64,000 nt of DNA from an uncultured Rhabdochlamydiaceae bacterium (GTDB taxonomy: Bacteria > Chlamydiota > Chlamydiia > Chlamydiales > Rhabdochlamydiaceae). The notes beneath the pieces were generated by a model. That model ran no database searches, had not been told where the DNA came from, and saw only the letters and a program-made list of their open reading frames with translations. Position 1 is the first letter of the stretch. Each line of letters opens with the position of its first letter. Location: the NCBI GenBank assembly GCA_963712275.1, contig CAVQHD010000001.1, forward strand, positions 1,120,001 to 1,184,000, given 5' to 3'. Below are positions 28,632-38,817 of the stretch, in pieces. The translations under genes and the position numbers were made by a program.

Positions 28632-30323
28632 GTGACCTTGGGAAGCGGCACACTTACTTTGGGCTCTGACAATAACTCTTCAACCTTTCAAGGCATGATC
28701 CAAGGAACTGGAGGGTTAACAAAAACCGGCACAGGGACGTTCACTTTATCTGGATCCAATACCTATTCTGGAATAACAACGGTTGCTCAAGGAACCTTGT
28801 CAGTCAATGGCTCGATCACGTCAAATGTCTCAGTGCTTGCAAACACCATTTTACAAGGGATTGGAACTATTACAGGAGATGTAACGAATAGTGGGACGAT
28901 TGCTCCCGGTAACTCTATTGGGACCATCAATATCGTTGGTAATACGACGTTTAACGCTGGCTCTTCTTTGGAAATAGAGTTTAATCCCTCTAGCACGGAC
29001 CTTCTTAACGTGACCGGTAGTGTCACCATCCTTCCAGGAGCCACCCTAGAACTTTTCCCCACTCCGAGCTCCTATGTGGACGGCTCTCAATTTACGATTG
29101 TCAATGGCGGCAGTATAGCAGGAACATTCAGTAACGTGACGAATAGCTTTCTCTTGCTCCACCCTATTGTTCTCTATTTTCCCACGCATATTGATTTACT
29201 TCTTAGCATAGGTTCCTTCACTGAATTTACCACAGGCAATGCCTTTCAAATTGCTCAGAGTTTAATTGGGGTTAATCCAGCGCCAGGAACCGATCTCTAC
29301 TTTGTTTATCAACAGCTCTATTCACTGGATGCTGCGCAGCTCAATCAAGCCTTTAATGAAATGCAACCCTCACTTCTCACAGGACTTTCCCTTAACCAGC
29401 AAAATAATTTTACCCTTGTCACTTCAACATTAAGAAAAAGAACCAATACCCTTCACGAGATGACGTGCGCTTCTCAAGATCGGGAGCGTCCGTGGAGTGT
29501 TTGGGGAGATGTGAGTGGCGGTTTTTTCCATCAAGAGCACCAAGATGATCAGGTCGGCTTTCACAGTGATAATGTCGTAGGAGCTGCCGGAATCGATTGC
29601 GTTTTCCTCAAACACCTTTACGTTGGAATCTTAGGTGCCTATACCTACAGCGACATTGACTGGAGTGAGTCGCTAGCAGATGGACGCATCAATAGCTATT
29701 ATGGAGGTGCTTACACCAGCTGGCTGGGCAACCTATTCTATATGAATCTATCTGTGATTGCCGCTTACAACCGGTATCATAACTCTAGAAAAATTTCGTT
29801 CGCAGCTATTGACCGGCACGCCAAGGCAAACCATCACGGAGATAGTATCACAGGCCACGTTGACCTAGGATTCATGGTGCCTAAAGGGGAAAATTTCCAA
29901 TTTTATCCCTTTGGTCAATTGGACTACATGTATACCCACCAAGCTCGCTATCGAGAGCACGGCGCTCAAAGCTTAGATCTCGTCATGGATGAGTCGAGTG
30001 CAACGATGCTTCGAAGCGAGGTCGGTATCGGGGGCAGATATTGCATTCCAGCGGGGAAAAATTATATTGTCCCTAGCGTCAAATTAAGCTGGGTGAATGA
30101 GGCGCGCTTTAAAGGTAAACATCTCACTGCAAGGCTCATCGATGTGCCCAATCAATTCACAGTCTCGGGAATTTATCCCACTCGTAATTTAATCGCTCCG
30201 GGCGCTACACTCATGGGATCCTTTTTTAACAATGCGCTGAATATCTCCGTTGCCTATGAAGGAGAATATAGCAAAAAAACAGATTACAATAGCTGTAACC
30301 TCTCATTTGTTTGGAATTACTAA
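28632..30323 (+). pseudogene. Autotransporter, 3' fragment (last repeat, autochaperone region and beta-barrel)
   Basis: GTIAPGNSIG motif and an autotransporter barrel ending in Tyr. In frame with the 5' fragment once the IS and one TSD are removed. Confidence 0.88.
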
Positions 30324-30346
30324 TAAATTTTTTGATATACAGTTGA

Positions 30347-30375
30347 TTGACCATTGAGAAGTTCTGTGGTATGAT
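30347..30375 (+). promoter_or_regulatory. Putative sigma66/sigma70-type promoter
   Basis: TTGACC-N17-TATGAT with an extended TG. Confidence 0.55.
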
Positions 30376-30399
30376 ATTTCGAACCGCAGAGGCGCTAGG

Positions 30400-31353
30400 A
30401 TGTCTATTTCAATAGTTATTTTACTCTACGCAGTTTGGTCAAGTGTTTTCTCGCTTGCTAAAGTTGCACTACAATACAGCCCTCCGATTTTTCTAACAGG
30501 AGTCCGCATGGCTCTTGCAGGAATTTTTTTACTGGCCTACCTTTTCTTTGCTAAACGGGGCGCTCTCAAGCTACAGTTTCGACAATGGATATCAATTTTT
30601 TTATTGAGTGTGTTTAGTATTTATCTGACAAATATTTTAGAATTTTGGGCACTTCAATATCTATCCGCAGCTAAAGCCTGTTTTATCTATAGCCTTTCTC
30701 CCTTCTTTGCCGCTTTTTTCTCCTACCTTCATTTTGGTGAAAAAATGAACATGCGCAAGTGGCTTGGGCTTGGGCTTGGGCTTGTGGGAATTTTACCTGT
30801 TCTTGTCCTGCAAACAGGTGTTGAAAACTTCTGGGCCGCATTTAGCTTTTTATCATGGCCTTCGCTTGCAATGATTGGGGCGGCTTTAGCCTCTGTCTAT
30901 GGATGGGTTCTTCTCCGTTTGATGGTCAAAGACCAGCAGGTTTCTCCTTTGATGGCCAATGGAAGTAGCATGCTCATTGGCGGAGCGATTGCTTTCATTC
31001 ACTCGATGATTGTTGAACCCTGGACACCCACCCCTATTGTTCATGGACAGGTCCTTTCGTTCTTAAGCTGGACCTGTTTGATGGCTTTTGTCTCCAATAT
31101 TATTTGTTACAATTTATATGGCATGCTGCTGAAAAAATTCACAGCGACATTCTTATCTTTCATGGGGCTTTTAAGTCCTGTGTTTGCTTCTTTACACGGG
31201 TGGATTTTGTTGGGGGAAATCCCTTCTTGGCAAATCCTTCTTTCAACACTCATCGTCTCTATGGGACTCTGGATTGTCTACGCTGCAGAGCTTAAACAAG
31301 GGTATATCGTGTCTAAGACAGCTTCTAAGCCTAAAACCCAGTCTATAGCGTGA
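30400..31353 (+). CDS. DMT/EamA-family transporter
   Basis: About ten TM helices in two EamA repeats (SPPIFLTGVRM, LSPFFAAFFSYLHFGE, LSPVFASLHGWILLGE). Confidence 0.88.
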   Translation: MSISIVILLYAVWSSVFSLAKVALQYSPPIFLTGVRMALAGIFLLAYLFFAKRGALKLQFRQWISIFLLSVFSIYLTNILEFWALQYLSAAKACFIYSLSPFFAAFFSYLHFGEKMNMRKWLGLGLGLVGILPVLVLQTGVENFWAAFSFLSWPSLAMIGAALASVYGWVLLRLMVKDQQVSPLMANGSSMLIGGAIAFIHSMIVEPWTPTPIVHGQVLSFLSWTCLMAFVSNIICYNLYGMLLKKFTATFLSFMGLLSPVFASLHGWILLGEIPSWQILLSTLIVSMGLWIVYAAELKQGYIVSKTASKPKTQSIA

Positions 31354-31357
31354 AGGT

Positions 31358-33106
31358 ATGCATAAAGAGATCTATTTATCCCTTCCTAAATTTATTTGGT
31401 CCTTTTGCAGAGGGCACTTAGTCCCTCTGCTCGGTCTTTTGACCATCGGCGTTCTTTGGGCCGTTCACTTTTGTTTGAGTCCAGCCCTCATTAAAACCAT
31501 CATTGATACTGTCGCAGCTTCATCTGAGCATGGGTTTGCCCCAGCCATTTTCCCCTTTATTGGATATATCATCTTAACCCTCGTTCTTCTTGGGATTAGT
31601 ACGTGGTATGACCTCTTAGTGATGAAGACGGTTCCATCCATTCGAGCAGAGATCATTGAAACTCTTCAAAGCCGGCTGCTCTCCTACCCTTATCCTTTCT
31701 TCCAACGGCATCTTTCAGGAAGCATTGCCAATAAAATATCCGATCTTTCTAAAGGGATCACGACGATCATTACAAGCTTTATTGACAATTTCTTTTCCCG
31801 CTCCCTCCTCTTTTTTCTCGGAGTTGCAACCCTCTTTATGGTCCATCCTCTGTTTGCCGCCGCACTCATCGTTTGGGTGGTCGTTTTCTTTGGGTTGTCC
31901 TATTTGCTGTCAAAAGAATCCTTTGCCAAATCAGCCCGTTTTTCCGAAGCTCGTAGCACTGTCATGGGGGTCGTCGTTGATAGCTTGACCAATCTATTGA
32001 ACATTAAAATTTTTGCAACTGCACGATTTGAAAAACAGCATCTGAATCGGTACCTTCTAGGAATGAAGAAGGAAGAAAAAAATCTTCACGGGTATCTTCT
32101 TCGATTAAAATTTGTGCAAGGCCTTTCCATCACCTTCCTCATGATTGGGATGATCGGACTCCTCTTCTACACTCATCAACAGGGATGGATTACGCTGGGA
32201 GACTTTGCTCTTGTGCTGACGCTCACAACAGGCATTGTCGACGAAACGTTTTACCTTGCCCTTCAGCTCGTCGAATGGATCGAAGAGATTGGCCTTGCAA
32301 GGCAAGCCCTTTCTGTTTTTTCAGAATGTCAAGAAGAGGAATCAGATAACCTCCCGCCTCTTCAAGTAACCCAGGGAGGAATTATTTTAGATCAAGTGAC
32401 GTTTTTCTACACCCCATTCAAGCCCATCTTTCATAACCTCTCCCTTCAGATTTTACCAGGGCAAAAGGTGGGGATCGTCGGGCTCTCTGGGAGCGGCAAA
32501 TCGACGCTTGCCCATCTTCTCCTTCGTCTCTACGAAGTGACCTCTGGAAAAATCTTGATTGACGGACAAAATATTGCCGAGATGTCCAAGGAGTCTGTTG
32601 CAGCCCAAATAGGCATGATCCCTCAAGAGCCGTACCTCTTTCACAGATCTATTTATGAGAATATTCAGTATGGAAAGATCCATGCACCCCGAGAAGAGGT
32701 GATTGCAGCAGCTCAAAAGGCGCGGTGCCACGACTTTATCATAGCTCTTCCTCAGGGGTACGACACCCTCGTCGGGGAGCGGGGAGTGAAGCTTTCCGGG
32801 GGACAAAGGCAGCGGCTCGCCATTGCAAGAGCCTTTTTAAAAGATAGCCCTATCCTCATTCTGGACGAAGCAACGTCGGCTCTCGACTCCATCACGGAAG
32901 GAGAGATTCAGCAAAGTCTGGCGCTTTTGATGGAAGGAAGGACAACACTTGTCATTGCACACCGTCTATCAACCCTTTCCTTAATGGATCAGATTCTCGT
33001 CATGGAACACGGGAAAATCATCGAGCAGGGACCCCACGATGATCTTCTACAGCTCCAAGGGAAGTATGCTAAGCTCTGGGGGCTGCAATCAGGGGCTTTG
33101 TCTTGA
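31358..33106 (+). CDS. ABC exporter, fused permease and ATPase (MsbA/Atm1-like)
   Basis: N-terminal TM domain, GLSGSGKST, LSGGQRQR, ILDEATSALD, IAHRLST. Confidence 0.93.
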   Translation: MHKEIYLSLPKFIWSFCRGHLVPLLGLLTIGVLWAVHFCLSPALIKTIIDTVAASSEHGFAPAIFPFIGYIILTLVLLGISTWYDLLVMKTVPSIRAEIIETLQSRLLSYPYPFFQRHLSGSIANKISDLSKGITTIITSFIDNFFSRSLLFFLGVATLFMVHPLFAAALIVWVVVFFGLSYLLSKESFAKSARFSEARSTVMGVVVDSLTNLLNIKIFATARFEKQHLNRYLLGMKKEEKNLHGYLLRLKFVQGLSITFLMIGMIGLLFYTHQQGWITLGDFALVLTLTTGIVDETFYLALQLVEWIEEIGLARQALSVFSECQEEESDNLPPLQVTQGGIILDQVTFFYTPFKPIFHNLSLQILPGQKVGIVGLSGSGKSTLAHLLLRLYEVTSGKILIDGQNIAEMSKESVAAQIGMIPQEPYLFHRSIYENIQYGKIHAPREEVIAAAQKARCHDFIIALPQGYDTLVGERGVKLSGGQRQRLAIARAFLKDSPILILDEATSALDSITEGEIQQSLALLMEGRTTLVIAHRLSTLSLMDQILVMEHGKIIEQGPHDDLLQLQGKYAKLWGLQSGALS

Positions 33107-33165
33107 CACTTAAGTTGATATATTATAGTATCTAAATTAAATAGAAAGATATAGTATAACATATC
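33103..33165 (+). promoter_or_regulatory. Putative promoter with paired palindromic operators for the hipBA-like operon
   Basis: TTGACA-N17-TAGTAT; GATA-N8-TATC (33117-33132) and GATAT-N8-ATATC (33148-33165). Confidence 0.5.
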
Positions 33166-33477
33166 ATGCTTGATTCCATCCAAGAAATTGCTGCCATGAT
33201 CAAGTCTGCACGTGAAAAAAAGGGACTTAGCCAGAGAGCGCTCAGCGCTAAGGTAGGGATCCCGCAAAGTCACATTTCCAAGATTGAACAGGGAATGGTC
33301 GATCTACAAACATCAAGTCTTATACAGATTGCGCGTGCGCTCGATTTAGAGCTTGTACTAGTCTCCCGCACCCATCTATCGACTGTCCAAGCGATCCAAA
33401 ACGCTTCTTATACCTCAAAAGCCATTCCAATGTATCGACTAAGTAACGAAGAGAAAGACGATGATAGCCAGACCTAA
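33166..33477 (+). CDS. hipB: XRE/HipB-like HTH antitoxin
   Basis: REKKGLSQRALSAKVGIPQSHISKIEQG HTH; overlaps the hipA start. Confidence 0.85.
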   Translation: MLDSIQEIAAMIKSAREKKGLSQRALSAKVGIPQSHISKIEQGMVDLQTSSLIQIARALDLELVLVSRTHLSTVQAIQNASYTSKAIPMYRLSNEEKDDDSQT

Positions 33478-34693
33478 TGTTGACCTTCTTAGAGTTCTTC
33501 TTTATAACAAACCCATTGGTATTCTGACTCGTCTGCCTGGAGATAAGAACTTATTTGCCTTTGAAGAAGGGTACATCAACAACCCTTCTCGTCCTATTCT
33601 CAGCCTATCTTTTAAGGATGCTTTAGGGGACCTCATTACAGATATAAAAATTACACGAACGCGCCTTCCGCCGTTTTTTGCCAACCTTCTGCCTGAAGGA
33701 CCCCTGCGGGAATATCTTGCACAGCGAGCAAACATCAATCCCCAACATGAATTCTTCCTGCTTTGGGTTCTTGGGCAAGATTTGCCTGGAGCTCTTACAA
33801 CTCAACCTGCCAATAGTCATGAATTGCCTGCTGAGTCTAATACTGTAAGATTGAAAAGTAAAAAAAACAAAGATTCTCCCTTACGATTTTCGTTGGCTGG
33901 AGTACAACTGAAATTTTCAGCCACTCAGAAAGCGGGCCATGGTTTGACCATTCCTGCCAATGGAGTGGGCGGGGAATGGATCGTAAAGCTTCCTCATGCT
34001 GAATTCCAAGGAGTCCCCGAGAATGAATATACGATAATGGAATTAGCAAGAATGGTAGGTATCGACGTTCCTGAGATCGCTTTATATCCAATCGAAGAAA
34101 TACAAGGATTGCCTCGAGATCTTCAGTTTCGAGGAAACAATGTTTTTGCAATCAAGAGATTTGATCGGACCCCTACCGGAGATCGAATTCATGTCGAGGA
34201 TTTCGCGCAGGTATTTGGAGTCTATCCTGAAAAAAAATACACAAATGCAAGCTATCATAATATAGCAGAAGTCGTATGGAAAGAGACTGGAGAGAAGGGT
34301 ATTGTAGAATTTATTCGACGTTTTGCTTTTAATGCGTTGATTGGAAACGGAGACATGCACCTCAAAAATTGGTCTTTCATTTACAAGGAAAAGAATAAAG
34401 TTGCATTAGCGCCTGCCTATGATTTTGTTTCTACAATTCTTTATCTTCCAGGAGATAATCTCGCTTTAAATTTCCTGGACAGCAAGGATTTTGGATCTCT
34501 CACAGTCGCTCAATTTAAGCGTTTTGCTGGGAAAGCGAAACTTCCTGAAAAGTTGGTTTTGGATACAGTGCAAGAAACAGCTGAGGCTTTTGCATCAGCT
34601 TGGAAAACAATCAAAGATCTTCCTCTCAAGCAAGAAGCTCAGAAAGTTATATTGAAACACCTCAAAGGCGTTCCTTTCTGGAATTCTGTCTAG
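33461..34693 (+). CDS. hipA: HipA-family kinase toxin
   Basis: LPPFFANLLPEG, FSLAGVQLKF, KRFDR, HVEDFAQV, GNGDMHLKNWS, LAPAYDF. Confidence 0.94.
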   Translation: MIARPNVDLLRVLLYNKPIGILTRLPGDKNLFAFEEGYINNPSRPILSLSFKDALGDLITDIKITRTRLPPFFANLLPEGPLREYLAQRANINPQHEFFLLWVLGQDLPGALTTQPANSHELPAESNTVRLKSKKNKDSPLRFSLAGVQLKFSATQKAGHGLTIPANGVGGEWIVKLPHAEFQGVPENEYTIMELARMVGIDVPEIALYPIEEIQGLPRDLQFRGNNVFAIKRFDRTPTGDRIHVEDFAQVFGVYPEKKYTNASYHNIAEVVWKETGEKGIVEFIRRFAFNALIGNGDMHLKNWSFIYKEKNKVALAPAYDFVSTILYLPGDNLALNFLDSKDFGSLTVAQFKRFAGKAKLPEKLVLDTVQETAEAFASAWKTIKDLPLKQEAQKVILKHLKGVPFWNSV

Positions 34694-34695
34694 AT

Positions 34696-35835
34696 TCAAA
34701 GCTCTTGGCAAAACTGCTCGAAAGCGGGGTCATGCCGGATAGGATCAAAGGTGGGCTCCAGAAGGATTTCGGTAAGGTTTTCGAGTCCATTTTGCTTTGC
34801 AGTTTGCAGCCAGCCGACAGCTCCCTCTGCTTGATGCAGGTGGGCGGCTGCATAGGCGTTTCGCAGGGCAACCTCCGCAAGGGGGTAGAGTTGGAAGACG
34901 GCGGCTCCAATTGCAGAAATAATCGAATCGTCTTGAAAGTCAAAAGCAAGCCGGTGCAAAAGAAGGAGAGTCGGCGGGTCTAAGCGCTCTTGAAGTGGTT
35001 TTAGAAGATCGTAGGCGGCTTGCGGCTCTCCTTTATCATCGAGAATCAGCGCTGTGTATTGCGTAGCGACATCGTAGAGCATCCCTTCGCCAGTGGCTTT
35101 TCTCACGGCCTGAAAAGCAGCTAGCGCCTGTTCTTTGTGCCCTTCTCGAAAAAGGATTTCCGCACTCATGAGCGCTGCTTTAAGCTCTTCTTTTCTGTCG
35201 CTTTGGCGGATATTGCGGCTTTTGCGAAAGTTGTCAAAGTTTTCAAAGGCAAAGAGGAAAAAGATCGCTCCAGCAAGAAAGTTCTGTGTCACAAAAAGCC
35301 CCATGCTAGCAGCCACTGCAAAGAGGCCGCTGATTAAAAACGTATACCGCACTCCTTTAAAGTCGAGCCATTTTTCAAGCCCAATGCGAAGCAGTTGTCC
35401 TCCATCGAGGGGAAGCACTGGCATCAGATTGATGAGGGTCCAGAAAATATTGACAAGGCTGATTTCAAGTAAAATGGTTTGAGCGAGTGGAGAAGCAAAG
35501 ATAGAAAGAGGGCGAAGAAAGACTGCAGTAAATCCTAAAATGAGTCCAAAAGCAGGACCATCGAGTGTGATGAGAAATTGCTTCCAAAAGGGGAGTTTAT
35601 CTCCATCGTGGTATGTCAGTCCTCCCATCGCGACCAGCTCAATCCGGGGATGGCGGCCAAAGAGTAAAGCGGTAAGTGCATGGCCAAACTCATGAAAGAG
35701 GACAGAGACAAAAATAATAGCCATCCATAGGAGTGTCTGCACCAGATTTCCTTGAGCCAAAAGGAGAGAGAGGAGGCTTGTAAAAATCCAATAGGCGGGG
35801 GAAATCGTAATGGGGATTTTTCCTGGAATTCTCAT
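34696..35835 (-). CDS. Site-2 protease (M50) with C-terminal TPR-like domain
   Basis: HEFGH and [11 protein letters not shown] motifs, TM helices. Confidence 0.9.
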   Translation of the reverse strand: MRIPGKIPITISPAYWIFTSLLSLLLAQGNLVQTLLWMAIIFVSVLFHEFGHALTALLFGRHPRIELVAMGGLTYHDGDKLPFWKQFLITLDGPAFGLILGFTAVFLRPLSIFASPLAQTILLEISLVNIFWTLINLMPVLPLDGGQLLRIGLEKWLDFKGVRYTFLISGLFAVAASMGLFVTQNFLAGAIFFLFAFENFDNFRKSRNIRQSDRKEELKAALMSAEILFREGHKEQALAAFQAVRKATGEGMLYDVATQYTALILDDKGEPQAAYDLLKPLQERLDPPTLLLLHRLAFDFQDDSIISAIGAAVFQLYPLAEVALRNAYAAAHLHQAEGAVGWLQTAKQNGLENLTEILLEPTFDPIRHDPAFEQFCQEL

Positions 35836-36707
35836 GATTGCAAGGCTTTTAACATGGTTTGACCCAAAAGGGCTGGTGATTCAGCGATATGAACTCCTGC
35901 TCTTTTCAGAGCCTCGATCTTATCTTGCGCCGCCCCTTTTCCGCCAGAGACAATTGCTCCTGCATGCCCCATTCGGCGTCCGGGAGGGGCTGTAACTCCT
36001 GCAATAAAAGCCGCAACCGGCTTCTGGCAATGTTTTTGAATCCACTCTGCCGCCTCTTCCTCCGCGCTTCCTCCAATTTCTCCAATCAATAAAATCCCTT
36101 CGGTTTGAGGATCTTTGACAAACAGCTTTAAGATATCGATAAAGTTAGTTCCATTGAGAGGATCTCCTCCAATTCCAACACACGTCGATTGACCCAGCGA
36201 AAGCTCAGAGGTTTGCCAAACAGCTTCATAGGTGAGCGTCCCCGAGCGAGAGACGATTCCGACTTTTCCTCTTTGGTGAATATATCCCGGCATGATCCCA
36301 ATTTTACACTCTCCTGGCGTGATGATACCAGGGCAGTTCGGTCCAATGAGCCGGCTCCGTTTAGACTGCCGCATCACACGGCTGACCTCAATCATATCGC
36401 GAACAGGGATCCCTTCTGTAATGCAAATGATGAGAGGAATGCCTGCGTCCTCAGCCTCTAAGATCGCGTTTGCGGCAAAAGGAGCTGGCACAAAGATCAT
36501 CGTCGCATCGGGCCTTACCGCTTTGCACGCTTCATCGACGGTATCAAAGACGGGAAGGTTAAGGATTTGCTGCCCCCCTTTGCCAGGGGTGACTCCACCG
36601 ACAAAATGGGATCCGTAGAGGATGCATTGCTCCGTATGGAAACGGCCTGCTTTCCCAGAAATCCCTTGTGTGATGACACGCGTCTTTTTATTAACGAGAA
36701 TGCCCAT
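35832..36707 (-). CDS. sucD: Succinyl-CoA synthetase alpha subunit
   Basis: [30 protein letters not shown]. Confidence 0.97.
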   Translation of the reverse strand: MGILVNKKTRVITQGISGKAGRFHTEQCILYGSHFVGGVTPGKGGQQILNLPVFDTVDEACKAVRPDATMIFVPAPFAANAILEAEDAGIPLIICITEGIPVRDMIEVSRVMRQSKRSRLIGPNCPGIITPGECKIGIMPGYIHQRGKVGIVSRSGTLTYEAVWQTSELSLGQSTCVGIGGDPLNGTNFIDILKLFVKDPQTEGILLIGEIGGSAEEEAAEWIQKHCQKPVAAFIAGVTAPPGRRMGHAGAIVSGGKGAAQDKIEALKRAGVHIAESPALLGQTMLKALQS

Positions 36708-37863
36708 GGATTGCTTTTACCACGTTTGTCGCTGCCTCTGCTAAGGTGTCGACGGTTGTAATTTTAAGTCCTGACTTGTGAAGCATCGCCTTCCCTTCTT
36801 CGACATGCGTCCCTTCCATGCGAACCACCAGGGGGATTTGCAGCGGTTTGTGCCTGAGCGCGGTTAAAATCCCCTCTGCAATGGTCGAGCAGTTCATGAT
36901 ACCGCCGAAAATATTGACGAGAATTGCTTTCACATGGGGGTCGGAGACCAAGATCTCAAAGCCCGCGGCAATCTTTTCGGCCGTTGCGCTTCCGCCGACG
37001 TCGAGAAAGTTCGCCGGTTTTCCTCCAGCAAATTGAATGATGTCCATCGTGGCCATCGCAAGCCCGGCCCCATTGACCATGCACCCAATGCTTCCGCTGA
37101 GCGCAATGTAGGCCAGATTATGTTCTTTAGCTGCCACCTCGTTTTTTGACTGCTGCGCAGGGTCGTACATGGCCGCAATCTCCGGTTGGCGGAAAAGAGC
37201 ATTGTCATCGACACTCAGCTTGGCATCGAGAGCCCAAAGATGCCCCTTCTCATCCTGCACAAGGGGATTGATCTCTAGTAGAGATCCATCTTTTTGAATG
37301 AAAACCTTAGCGACAGCCTGAGCAATTTTAATCCCCTCCTCTTGCGCGCTCCCTTTCCAACCCATGAATTTAGCAAGCCTTAAGAGGTGGTACGGCTTTA
37401 TCGTCCCATCAAGGGCAATGGAAAGGGTTAAAATCTTTTCTGGATGTTTGAGCGCGAGCTCTTCGATCTCCATTCCTCCTTCAGGGGAGGCGATCAAGAT
37501 AGGTTCTGCGCGCGTCCGGTCGATAATAGCCCCCAAGTAATACTCTTTAGCAATCTTGAGAGGAGAGGCGATGAGCACATGATGAGAGATAGCCCCTTCA
37601 GGACCTGTTTGATTATTCACCATTTTCATCCCGATTAGCTGCTCGGAGATTTGCACAAGTTCTTCGGGAGACTTCCCAAACTTGACCCCTCCTGCTTTCC
37701 CCCTTCCTCCTGCGTGCACTTGGATTTTGACAACCCCCTCTTTCAGGTGAAGATCGCGAATCACTTTTTCAGCTTCCGCCCGGCTTGCCGCGATTCCAAA
37801 AGGGGGGATGGGGACCCCTTCGCTCATTAAAATTAATTTAGCTTGGTATTCATGGAGGTTCAT
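36691..37863 (-). CDS. sucC: Succinyl-CoA synthetase beta subunit
   Basis: MNLHEYQAK start, [29 protein letters not shown]. Confidence 0.97.
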   Translation of the reverse strand: MNLHEYQAKLILMSEGVPIPPFGIAASRAEAEKVIRDLHLKEGVVKIQVHAGGRGKAGGVKFGKSPEELVQISEQLIGMKMVNNQTGPEGAISHHVLIASPLKIAKEYYLGAIIDRTRAEPILIASPEGGMEIEELALKHPEKILTLSIALDGTIKPYHLLRLAKFMGWKGSAQEEGIKIAQAVAKVFIQKDGSLLEINPLVQDEKGHLWALDAKLSVDDNALFRQPEIAAMYDPAQQSKNEVAAKEHNLAYIALSGSIGCMVNGAGLAMATMDIIQFAGGKPANFLDVGGSATAEKIAAGFEILVSDPHVKAILVNIFGGIMNCSTIAEGILTALRHKPLQIPLVVRMEGTHVEEGKAMLHKSGLKITTVDTLAEAATNVVKAIHGHSR

Positions 37864-37947
37864 CCTATTTCTTAAATACCATTTCTCGTCAAAAGAGAAA
37901 AGAATTATTGAAGCAAAAGAATCGCTCGTCATAAAATCAATTCCCAT

Positions 37948-38817
37948 ATGGCTGCTACTGTTATAAAAGATGCATGTTTACACGAAGGAACAAACTGGGA
38001 TATTACCATTCCTTCTCAAGCGCTTGCTCCGAGGGGATCTGTTTATTGTGAATCAAAGAATGCAGGAGATGTTTCAGAACTCTTTTCATTGAGCCAAAAA
38101 GTGGCTCAGTTTTGGGAACATCAATGGGCGAGAAAAGGGTGGGGTGCTAATTATTTCTTTTATACCTCTTCCCAAGAAAAAGGGTGGGAGATAGTTCCCT
38201 ACCCGCCCTCGTATCCGTCTGGGTATGCGGAAAAAATAAAAGCTTGGATTTTACAATTTCAAGTGACGGCGGCCGTTGTTTTTGGCAAGTTTTCGCGCAC
38301 GTCGGAGGTGGATCCGTCATTTAAGAAAAAGTTTCAATCGTTTCAGGTTCAATCACCTTCCACAAAGGTCCAACAGATTGCAACCGATGCTTTTTGTGAC
38401 GAGCGGGTGATCAATTCTCAAGGAATTTGGGAAGGAACCCATATTCAGGTTCTTTATAACTACAAACCCCTTGGAAAAGAAGGGCTTCATTTCTTACTGG
38501 TCACAAAAGAGCATAAGGAACGATTCACAGAACTCTCCTTAGAAGAGTTTCAAGAAAAGGAGCGACTTGCAGCAGCCTTAATCAAGTATTACTCTGGTTA
38601 TACCTGGTACCGGTACCATAAAACAGGCCGCTTAGCAGGGCAATCAGAGCCCCATTTTCATGAGCATGTTGTTTTCGTCCAGCCGCAAGATGAATTTTGG
38701 AGTAAACTCTCTCTTTTTGTGCGCATGATATTTCCCAGCTGGCCTCTCCATCCCACAGAACTGGCAAAAAGAGTGAAGCATCTTAAAGAAATCCTTAACT
38801 TTCCCAGGAGGAAGTAG
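37948..38817 (+). CDS. HIT-family nucleotide hydrolase with N-terminal extension
   Basis: AGQSEPHFHEHV histidine triad preceded by NYKPLG..HFLLV..H..RF.EL. Confidence 0.85.
   Translation: MAATVIKDACLHEGTNWDITIPSQALAPRGSVYCESKNAGDVSELFSLSQKVAQFWEHQWARKGWGANYFFYTSSQEKGWEIVPYPPSYPSGYAEKIKAWILQFQVTAAVVFGKFSRTSEVDPSFKKKFQSFQVQSPSTKVQQIATDAFCDERVINSQGIWEGTHIQVLYNYKPLGKEGLHFLLVTKEHKERFTELSLEEFQEKERLAAALIKYYSGYTWYRYHKTGRLAGQSEPHFHEHVVFVQPQDEFWSKLSLFVRMIFPSWPLHPTELAKRVKHLKEILNFPRRK

Noticed and set aside
37864..37947. N-terminal extension of SucC
   Set aside because: The canonical MNLHEYQ start is at 37863; the upstream part is the divergent promoter region.
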